The notes under the pieces are model-generated. The model was given only the letters and a program-made list of their open reading frames with translations, did not search any database and was not told the DNA's origin. Shown here one piece after another: positions 8,818 through 15,538 of a DNA stretch of 15,538 bases. Made by a program: the position numbers and the translations under genes. Position 1 is the stretch's first letter; the number at the start of each line of letters is the position of its first letter. Source of the DNA: Armatimonadota bacterium (lineage in GTDB: Bacteria > Armatimonadota > Fimbriimonadia > Fimbriimonadales > GBS-DC); contig JBBIJY010000041.1 in assembly GCA_037445735.1 (NCBI GenBank), forward strand, positions 1 to 15,538, in the 5' to 3' direction.

Positions 8818-10343
8818 TGGATGAGCCGATTCGAAACGAGCCTGTGCTGCCAGGCGAGCAGGCAGCGGTGCAGATGCCCCCTGAAGCGGGCGAGCCAGCC
8901 GAACCCCAGCAGGAGGAGCCGATACCGAACGGCACGCCTGCGGTGCCCGATACAGCGACTCCATCGACCCTTCATCCCGACCTCTATACAGAGACGGCGC
9001 CTTTCCTCCAGACGCCCCTGCCACCCCGAACCTACATGGATGTGCCCTACTATCCCAATCTCCACTCGGCGGAAACGGAGCAGGTCGTCCTTCGGTTCAG
9101 GGACTTTCTGCACTATGCGGGCTATGAGGCAGAAGCCATCAATCTTGAACAGCAGTATCGCACGCTGGTGAAGGCATCGGGCTATAGCTACGAGCGTCTG
9201 CGCCACGAGCTGGAGCCAGTGCGCCAGCAACTGGAGCAGCAGATTCGCGAGAGCGAGAAGCAGCTGGAGGCGAAGCGCACCGAGTTCATCGAGCAGATGG
9301 GTCGGGCGCGGCTGCCCCTGCCGGAACCAGCTCCCAAACGGCGTCGAGTAGCGATGCAGACGGAACCCATCGCCATCTCGCCGCAACTGGTGGAGCAGGC
9401 GCTCACGCACGACTTCGCCACCGCCGACGAAATCTGCGGTCAGCACGGCGTCACGCCAGCAGGCGCGAGAGAGACCTGGTGGACGCATGTCGGGCAGTGG
9501 CTGATGGAGCTGTTCGCGCCGCTCGTGGCAGGACTGCTGCTGGGCGTCAATATCGCGGTCATCACCGGCTTCCTGAAACTCGAAGATTTCCGCAAGGGTC
9601 AGCAGATGTGGCTGGTCGCGCTGGCGATGGTGATTGGCTTCTTTGTGGAGAAGCTGGTCGGCGCCGTGTGGTATCACCTGAGCAGTTCGCTGGCGCAGGC
9701 GAGCGAGCGTCCCTTGAACGAGGAGGGTGCGCGCCCCTTCCCCCGCCTGCGCACCGCCTTCTCCCTGCTCGGATTCGGGCTGCTGGCACTCCTGCTGGGC
9801 GCGGCGGTGATGACCGTCGACGCGCTCGGTCTGCGCATGCTGCACGAGCAGGCGATCCAGCAGGCGCAACTGCTCGGCACGGAAGCGGGCGAGCTGCTGC
9901 CGTTCTGGGTCTATCTGATTGCCGCGGGCGTTATCAGCCTGCCTTACCTGATCTATAAGGCGGTTATCGGCTGGCGGCAGGGCGAGCTGCGCCTGCGCGA
10001 GTCCCGGATCGCCTACCTGCGCTGGAAGCATATCGAGGAGCGACGCAGCGAGCCAGAGGTTCAGGCGGCGTTCCGACTCGCCGAAGAGGTGGTCGGACTG
10101 GAGCAGCGGCTGAACATCCTGCGCGAGAAGCTCAAAGCGGTTCAGGAGCGGCTCGACTCCGCCTACACACACGCCATCGGCTGCCAGCAGGAGTTCAAAC
10201 GCTACTGGGACGAGCTGCTGAAACGGCTGGAGCAGGAGCCGCGTCGCGGGCGCGAAGTCCCGTTCAATCGTCGCCTGCAGGGTGATGGTCAGCCGCCCGA
10301 CACGCTGCTCCGACGGCTGATGCGCTCGTTCCGACGGGGCTAA
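8817..10343 (+). CDS. Hypothetical polytopic membrane protein (~4 TM) with coiled coils and Pro/Glu-rich N-terminus
   Basis: 508 aa, TAATG stop/start overlap with the vWA gene. Four hydrophobic segments flanked by E/Q/R/L-rich heptad regions. Codon usage resembles the neighbouring genes. Confidence 0.8.
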   Translation: MDEPIRNEPVLPGEQAAVQMPPEAGEPAEPQQEEPIPNGTPAVPDTATPSTLHPDLYTETAPFLQTPLPPRTYMDVPYYPNLHSAETEQVVLRFRDFLHYAGYEAEAINLEQQYRTLVKASGYSYERLRHELEPVRQQLEQQIRESEKQLEAKRTEFIEQMGRARLPLPEPAPKRRRVAMQTEPIAISPQLVEQALTHDFATADEICGQHGVTPAGARETWWTHVGQWLMELFAPLVAGLLLGVNIAVITGFLKLEDFRKGQQMWLVALAMVIGFFVEKLVGAVWYHLSSSLAQASERPLNEEGARPFPRLRTAFSLLGFGLLALLLGAAVMTVDALGLRMLHEQAIQQAQLLGTEAGELLPFWVYLIAAGVISLPYLIYKAVIGWRQGELRLRESRIAYLRWKHIEERRSEPEVQAAFRLAEEVVGLEQRLNILREKLKAVQERLDSAYTHAIGCQQEFKRYWDELLKRLEQEPRRGREVPFNRRLQGDGQPPDTLLRRLMRSFRRG

Positions 10344-10346
10344 ACG

Positions 10347-11462
10347 ATGGGCACGCGCCTCTTTTTCGGCGTCGTCGGGCTGATTGCCGCGCTGCTGATG
10401 GCGGGCGGCATGGAGTGGTTGTTCGCCGCCCTTCGCACGCCCGATGCGCTGCAGGGCACGCGCGCCCTGCTCTTTTATACCGACCCCGAAATCGTGCGAC
10501 GCCTGCGGGAGCGCGGCGCCCAGTTCGGCGACCCCCAGCTCTCCCTGATGTGGCACAACATCAACGACCTCGACCTGCACTGCATCGAGCCGACAGGCAT
10601 GCACATCTGGTTCCGCAACCGTCGCAACGAAGCCACCGGCGGCGAACTCGATGTGGACGCCAACGCGGACCCGACCACGCGCACCGCTCGCCCTGTGGAG
10701 AACATCTACTGGACACCTCACAGCGCGCCGCAGGGCACTTACGAGGTGTATGTACATCACTATGCGAATCACGGTGCGCCGGACCCGACGCCCTACACCC
10801 TGCGCATCGTGGCGAACGGGCGCGTGCGCGAGTTTCGGGGCAGCCTGCGCCCGGGCGAGGAGAGCCAGCATGTGCGGTTCGACCCCGCGCAGGTTCAGGA
10901 TTGGGCGCGGCTGGAGGGCGAGTCGCGCGGCTGGCTGGCGCTGCTGGTCGTGGCGGGCTGGGGCGCGGCGCTGGGGCTGGCTCTATCGCTGATGCTCCGC
11001 CTGCCCCAGCGGTGGTTCGGCGTCGATCCTGCACTGTTCCGCTGGGAGCGCGTGCTGGGCAACACAATTGGCGGTGGACTGATAGGCGCGTTCAGCGGCG
11101 CAATCGGGCAACTGCTCTTCGCGCTGCTCGCGCCGATTGGCGAGCCGTTCGCCCGAATCGTGGGGCTGATGGCGCTGGGCGGACTGCTGGGCTACGGGCT
11201 GCACCATTGCGTACCGAACCTGCCGCTGAACCCTGCACGGCTGGCAGGCGCGGCTGGCGGGCTGCTGGGCGCCATCGGTTTCCTCTGGGCGCTGGTGAAC
11301 CTGAACGATGGCGCAGGACGCCTGATTGCCGCCGCGCTGCTGGGTCTTGCCATCGGCTTGATGATCACGCTGCTGCGCCTTGCGGTGGCTCGCATCGCGC
11401 TGGGCGGACAGCTCACCACCCGCGCCCTCACCCGCCCCAAACGGCTGGAGATCAGCCGATAG
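10347..11462 (+). CDS. YfaP/DUF2135-like domain fused to a Gly-rich multi-TM domain
   Basis: QLSLMWHNINDLDLHCIEPTG...GGELDVDAN...VENIYW...PQGTYEVYVHHY matches YfaP/DUF2135. One N-terminal TM and about 5 C-terminal GxxxG-rich TMs. Starts 3 nt after the upstream stop. Confidence 0.8.
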   Translation: MGTRLFFGVVGLIAALLMAGGMEWLFAALRTPDALQGTRALLFYTDPEIVRRLRERGAQFGDPQLSLMWHNINDLDLHCIEPTGMHIWFRNRRNEATGGELDVDANADPTTRTARPVENIYWTPHSAPQGTYEVYVHHYANHGAPDPTPYTLRIVANGRVREFRGSLRPGEESQHVRFDPAQVQDWARLEGESRGWLALLVVAGWGAALGLALSLMLRLPQRWFGVDPALFRWERVLGNTIGGGLIGAFSGAIGQLLFALLAPIGEPFARIVGLMALGGLLGYGLHHCVPNLPLNPARLAGAAGGLLGAIGFLWALVNLNDGAGRLIAAALLGLAIGLMITLLRLAVARIALGGQLTTRALTRPKRLEISR

Positions 11463-14103
11463 GCTGTAGATCGCGCCAGTTGGGACCGATCCTGGCTTCG
11501 ACAGTGAGCGGCACGCGCAGGGTGCAGGCTTGTTCCATCTCGCGGGCAATCGCGCGGGCGACGCCTGCCACATTGTTGTCGGGCGTCTCCAGCAGCAGCT
11601 CATCGTGAACCTGCAGCAGCATTCGCGCCTGCGGCTCCACCGCGGGCAGGCGGTTCCAGACGCGAATCATGGCGAGCTTCATAATGTCGGCAGCCGTGCC
11701 CTGAAAGGGCATGTTGATGGCGGCGCGTTCGGCAGCCATGCGCTCGTTACGGTTCGCGCTGTGCAGGTCAGGCAGGTAGCGCTTGCGCCCCAGCAAAGTG
11801 CGTACATAGCCTTTCTGACGCGCCTCCTCCAGTATCTGCTGCGTGAAGGCTTTGATCTGGGGGAACCGCTCGAAGTAGTGTGTAATAATCTGGCGAGCCT
11901 CGCTCACCTCGATGCCCAGCTCCTGCGACAGCCCGTAGTCGCTCATGCCATACAGCACAGCGTAGTTGACCGTCTTCGCCTTGCGCCGCATCTCCCGATC
12001 GACCTGGTCAGGCGCGACGCCAAACAGAATCGCAGCCGTCGCCGTGTGGATATCCTCACCCTGCTCGAAGGCGCGAAGGAGCATCGGATCGCCCGACATG
12101 TGCGCCAGGATACGCAGCTCAATCTGCGAGTAGTCCAGCGAGAGCAGCTGAAAACCTGCATCGGCGATAAAGGCGCGGCGGATTTCGCGCCCGATCTCCG
12201 AGCGGATAGGAATGTTCTGCAGGTTCGGCTCGCTGCTGGAGAGGCGACCCGTCGCCGTCACGGTCTGATTGAGCTTCGTGTGGATTCGCCCTGTGAGCGG
12301 GTTCACCAGCTTCGGCAGCGCCTCCGCATAGGTGGAGCGCAGCTTGCTCAACTCGCGATATTCGATAATCCGGCGCACAATCGGGTGCTGATCGATGAGC
12401 GCCTGCAGCACATCGGCGTCGGTGGAGTAGCCCGTTCTGGTCTTTTTGATGACGGGCAGCCTGAGCTTTTCGAACAGCACCGTGCCGAGCTGTTTGGGCG
12501 AGCCGATGTTGAACGGTTCGCCTGCCAGCGCGTGGATCTCCTGTGCGAGCGATTCGAGCTGCGCTTGCAGTCGCCCCGACAGCTCCTGCAGGTACGCGCC
12601 GTCGATGCGGATGCCGTGCCACTCCATCTCGGCGAGGATGGGTATCAGCGGCATTTCGATGTTCTCCAGCACGGGCAGCGTCTCTTCGGCTTGCAGGCGC
12701 TCGCGCAGGGGTTGTTCCAGCATCAGCAGGGCGGCAGCTTCCGCCGCGATGCGCTCGTCGCCCTCTGGCAGGCGCAGGTTCAGCAACTCCTCGCAGAGCC
12801 AGTCGAGCGGGTAACTGACACGGCTCGGCTGCCAGATGTAAGCCGCTATCAGCGCATCGAAGCGGGGCGGTTGAACGGAAAGCCCTGCGCCGCGCGTTAG
12901 CAACAGGTCGGTTTTGGCGTCATAGGCGAGGCGAGCGCGGTGCGGGTCGCTCAACAGGCGCAGGAGCGGCTCAGGCAGGAAGAGGCTCGCGGCGCGGTCA
13001 ATCAGCACGGCACGGTTCGGCTCGACAGCCAGCGCGATGCGATGAACTTCGGCGTCGCGCAGATGGCGCAGCTCGCCCTGCAGCCGAATCGCGACGGGCG
13101 AATCGCCCGCCAGCAGGCGCGACAGCGTGCGCTCATCGGGATCGCGAAGCACCGTGACCTTGAGGGTCTCGTGAATGGAGACGGCAGGCAGGCGCGCCGA
13201 CCCACCGAACTTCTGCGCCAGGGCGGGCAGCCGACGCAGAATGGAGCGAAACTCCAGGTCCTCCAGCACGCGCTGAACCGCCGTTAGTCGCTCCGGGGTC
13301 AGCTGGAACGGCGGGATCTGCCCCAGATCGATGGGCACCTCCTGCAGAATGGTCGCCAGCATCTTGCTCTGGCGGATCTGGTCGCGCATGGCAGCGAGCC
13401 GCTCGCGCAGTTTGGGGTCGCTCACCTCGTCCAGATGCATCAGCAGGTTCTCCACCGTGCCGAACTGCTGCAGGAGCTTAACGGCGGTTTTTTCGCCGAC
13501 ACCAGGCACGCCGGGGATATTGTCCGATGGGTCGCCCGCGAGCGCTTTGAGGTCGGGAATCTGCTCCGGGCGGATGCCGTAGCGCTCCTGCACGGCTTGC
13601 GCGTCGAAGATTTGCAGGTCGCTGACGCCGCGCAGGGGAGCGCACACGCGCACATGCTCATTAATGAGTTGCAGCTGGTCGCGGTCGCCCGTGAAGATAA
13701 GCACCTCGTAGCCCTGTTCGGGCGCGTGGCGGGCGATCGTGCCGACCAGATCGTCCGCTTCGAAGCCCGGCTCGGCGAGCGTGGGGATTCCCAACGCCTG
13801 CAGCAGCTGGCGGGTCATCTCCACCTGCGGGCGGAACTCGTCGGGCGTCTCCTGACGGTGCGCTTTGTACTCCACGAACGCCTCGTGGCGGAAGGTGGGC
13901 GCAGGCGCATCGAACGCCACCACAATCGCCGCTGGCTCCACCGTGTTCAGCAGCGACAGCAGCATGTTGGTGAAGCTGAACACGGCGTTCGTGGGTCGCC
14001 CGTCGGAAGTGGTCAGCATGCGCGTGGCATAGAACCCCCGATAGAGCAGGCTGTGCCCATCAATCACCACCAGAATCGGTCGCGCCCCGCGCTCCACGCC
14101 CAT
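11452..14103 (-). CDS. polA: DNA polymerase I
   Basis: 5'-3' exonuclease (VIDGHSLLYR, FEADDLVGT, GDPSDNIPGVPGVGEKTA), TATGRLSSSEPNLQNIP, motif A DYSQIELRILAH, motif B RRKAKTVNYAVLYG, motif C LLQVHDELL. ATG at 14103 (TTG 14106 alternative). Confidence 0.98.
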   Translation of the reverse strand: MGVERGARPILVVIDGHSLLYRGFYATRMLTTSDGRPTNAVFSFTNMLLSLLNTVEPAAIVVAFDAPAPTFRHEAFVEYKAHRQETPDEFRPQVEMTRQLLQALGIPTLAEPGFEADDLVGTIARHAPEQGYEVLIFTGDRDQLQLINEHVRVCAPLRGVSDLQIFDAQAVQERYGIRPEQIPDLKALAGDPSDNIPGVPGVGEKTAVKLLQQFGTVENLLMHLDEVSDPKLRERLAAMRDQIRQSKMLATILQEVPIDLGQIPPFQLTPERLTAVQRVLEDLEFRSILRRLPALAQKFGGSARLPAVSIHETLKVTVLRDPDERTLSRLLAGDSPVAIRLQGELRHLRDAEVHRIALAVEPNRAVLIDRAASLFLPEPLLRLLSDPHRARLAYDAKTDLLLTRGAGLSVQPPRFDALIAAYIWQPSRVSYPLDWLCEELLNLRLPEGDERIAAEAAALLMLEQPLRERLQAEETLPVLENIEMPLIPILAEMEWHGIRIDGAYLQELSGRLQAQLESLAQEIHALAGEPFNIGSPKQLGTVLFEKLRLPVIKKTRTGYSTDADVLQALIDQHPIVRRIIEYRELSKLRSTYAEALPKLVNPLTGRIHTKLNQTVTATGRLSSSEPNLQNIPIRSEIGREIRRAFIADAGFQLLSLDYSQIELRILAHMSGDPMLLRAFEQGEDIHTATAAILFGVAPDQVDREMRRKAKTVNYAVLYGMSDYGLSQELGIEVSEARQIITHYFERFPQIKAFTQQILEEARQKGYVRTLLGRKRYLPDLHSANRNERMAAERAAINMPFQGTAADIMKLAMIRVWNRLPAVEPQARMLLQVHDELLLETPDNNVAGVARAIAREMEQACTLRVPLTVEARIGPNWRDLQPIG

Positions 14104-14111
14104 CAAAAAAG

Positions 14112-14117
14112 ATTATA
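14112..14117 (-). promoter_or_regulatory. Putative -10 element for a leaderless polA transcript
   Basis: Minus strand reads CGG-TATAAT-CTTTTTTG-ATG, with no Shine-Dalgarno sequence before the start. Confidence 0.55.
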
Positions 14118-14122
14118 CCGCT

Positions 14123-15163
14123 TCAGTCAAAGGGCAACCGCTGCTCGATGGTGGCGAGCGAGAAGACCGGCACATACTGACCCGCTTGCCGATAGTCACA
14201 AACCCTGATTTTGGGCGTTCGGGAGCACGCCATCCCCAGCGCGAACGCTATCGGCACAGGCACCGTCAGGCACACATCCACCTGCGGATAGTTGCCCAGC
14301 AGTGGCTGCGCCGCCCGATAGAGCCACTGAACATAAGGCAGCCAGTCCCTTTCTGGGTTCAACGCCTGACGGTACACCAGCGCGGCGCTGATGATGCGCT
14401 CCTGGTCCGGGTGGGCACTGAACTCCGGAAAAGCGTGCCGATCGGTGATGCCGATATGGAGGGCGAGGCGCTCCCCTGCAGGCAGCGCGGTCCAATCGGG
14501 CGGCTCCCTCTCTGGCGGGGGCACCGACGCTGCAGGCTCTTCGAACAGACAGCGCGGATTGCTCAGATCCAGCACGCGATAGAACCGATCCTGCTGGCGA
14601 TGGTACAGCACGATGGCGCGTCGCAAGCCGACCGCGGCGCCCAGCGCAAACGCCAGCGGCAACCACAGATGCGGGCAAAGATGATAGCGGAGCTGCTCGT
14701 TCGGCATCAGGCTCCGCATCAGGCGCCGATCCACCTCCTGCTCCCACTCGCGCACCAGGCTCTGCCACGCCTCCTCCCACGCTGACGGCTCCTGCGCCTC
14801 GCGCGGGTCCCGCCGCACCACGATCAGCAAATCGTGAGCTGGAACAGGGGTACAGCGCTCTATCGGCTTCACCGATAGTCGCTGCGAGCTGACAAATCGC
14901 TCAAACAGGGCACGCGCCTTCTCCCGATCGCCCTCGGTGGTGAACATCAGCGGCACGGGGAAAAGACGCACCCGCCGCCGCCCGTAGAACACATAGATGA
15001 GCAACCCGATCAGGGCGACGATGCCCGCGATGCGCAATCCTGCCGCCACCCATGTCCAGCCGATGTCGCTGCACAAATCTGCCATCATCGCCAGCACGCC
15101 GAAAATCGCCAGACTGATCAAAGCCTCATGCTCTGCAACAAATCGCTGCAACATCTGTCCCAT
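14123..15163 (-). CDS. 2TM-SAVED domain protein (cyclic-oligonucleotide sensor with N-terminal membrane hairpin)
   Basis: GGAGG RBS 6 nt before ATG. Two N-terminal hydrophobic helices (aa ~14-30 and ~36-60) then GRRRVR. Two SAVED-lobe signatures: YHLCPHLWLPLAFALGAAVGLRRAIVLYH and VDVCLTVPVPIAFALGMACSRTPKIRVCDY..YVPVF, plus LALHIGITDRH. Confidence 0.78.
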   Translation of the reverse strand: MGQMLQRFVAEHEALISLAIFGVLAMMADLCSDIGWTWVAAGLRIAGIVALIGLLIYVFYGRRRVRLFPVPLMFTTEGDREKARALFERFVSSQRLSVKPIERCTPVPAHDLLIVVRRDPREAQEPSAWEEAWQSLVREWEQEVDRRLMRSLMPNEQLRYHLCPHLWLPLAFALGAAVGLRRAIVLYHRQQDRFYRVLDLSNPRCLFEEPAASVPPPEREPPDWTALPAGERLALHIGITDRHAFPEFSAHPDQERIISAALVYRQALNPERDWLPYVQWLYRAAQPLLGNYPQVDVCLTVPVPIAFALGMACSRTPKIRVCDYRQAGQYVPVFSLATIEQRLPFD

Positions 15164-15219
15164 CCACAGCCTCCCCCTTGAAGATACCCTCTTTGACCTG
15201 CCTCCGCTGCTTCAGCCGT

Positions 15220-15257
15220 AAAAAAAACCAAAACCCTCTCCCCTTTGGGGAGAGGGT
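15220..15257 (-). terminator. Putative intrinsic terminator for the right CRISPR transcript
   Basis: On the minus strand an 11-bp GC-rich stem is followed by TTTGGTTTTTTTT. Confidence 0.6.
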
Positions 15258-15316
15258 ACGGGCGAGGGGCAACCCCCTCTCCCACAGCGTGGGAGAGGGG
15301 GCAAGGGGGTGAGGGG
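15233..15316. repeat. Tandem REP-like palindromic element (CCCTCTCCC-n-GGGAGAGGG family), two units
   Basis: Hairpin 1 ACCCTCTCCCC-TTT-GGGGAGAGGGT (15233-15257) and hairpin 2 CCCCCTCTCCCAC-AGC-GTGGGAGAGGGGG (15273-15301), each followed by a GGG(C/T)GAGGGGCAA tail. Confidence 0.75.
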
Positions 15317-15538
15317 CAATCACAGATGGGCTACAAACCATGGGTGCTTACACAAATGCGAGTGTCTATCGCGCGTTTCAATCCCTCAGAGGTAGGCTAC
15401 AAACTCAAACTCCAACTCCAACTCGAACCCCCAGGCGACCGTTTCAATCCCTCAGAGGTAGGCTACAAACGGGCAATTTGATGAGGGGTAGACCTCTACG
15501 CGACTCGTTTCAATCCCTCAGAGGTAGGCTACAAACCG
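15317..15538 (-). CRISPR. Trailer end of right CRISPR array (30-bp repeat, type I-B/III-like repeat family)
   Basis: Three identical repeats GTTTCAATCCCTCAGAGGTAGGCTACAAAC at 15375-15404, 15441-15470 and 15507-15536. Degenerate terminal repeat at 15317-15338. Three unique 36-bp spacers (15339-15374, 15405-15440, 15471-15506). The array may continue past the window end. Confidence 0.97.

Noticed and set aside
8547-10871. 774-aa minus-strand ORF
   Set aside because: Antisense to three coupled plus-strand genes that have an RBS and recognisable domains; shadow ORF.
10415-11608. 397-aa alternative-frame ORF
   Set aside because: Arg/Ala/Pro-rich off-frame translation overlapping the DUF2135 gene.
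11530-12900. 456-aa plus-strand ORF (and 13435-14208)
   Set aside because: Antisense to polA; shadow ORFs.
14123-15163. Complete CBASS operon
   Set aside because: No CD-NTase or ancillary cap genes anywhere in the window.
64-15316. Composite transposon or casposon bounded by inverted repeats
   Set aside because: The inverted sequences are CRISPR repeats with spacers. No transposase, integrase or cas1 is present, and the polymerase is housekeeping family A PolA, not PolB.
15126-15481. Short ORFs 15126-15341 (-) and 15245-15481 (+)
   Set aside because: Translations of the palindromic repeat and of CRISPR repeats/spacers.

Overview
GC-rich bacterial window, probably from a thermophilic Armatimonadota/Fimbriimonadia genome (inferred from HAF-repeat proteins carrying PEP-CTERM and 'GDANGDGCVDDADLL' tails). 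It is bracketed by the trailer ends of two CRISPR arrays sharing one 30-bp repeat (GTTTGTAGCCTACCTCTGAGGGATTGAAAC) in convergent orientation, with no cas genes in between. Left to right it contains: a HAF-repeat surface-protein gene broken by a G7 frameshift, which appears to be a two-in-one polyprotein (internal PEP-CTERM followed directly by a second signal peptide); a VPS10/BNR-repeat protein; an FAD-dependent reductase; a secreted Gly/Pro-rich PKD-like protein; an uncharacterised three-gene membrane operon (vWA, coiled-coil/TM, YfaP/DUF2135-TM); DNA polymerase I lacking proofreading motifs and carrying a natural Tyr at the Taq F667 position; and a stand-alone 2TM-SAVED gene directly downstream of the right CRISPR array, a candidate cyclic-oligonucleotide-gated membrane effector. 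All family calls are by-eye motif recognition, not database searches.
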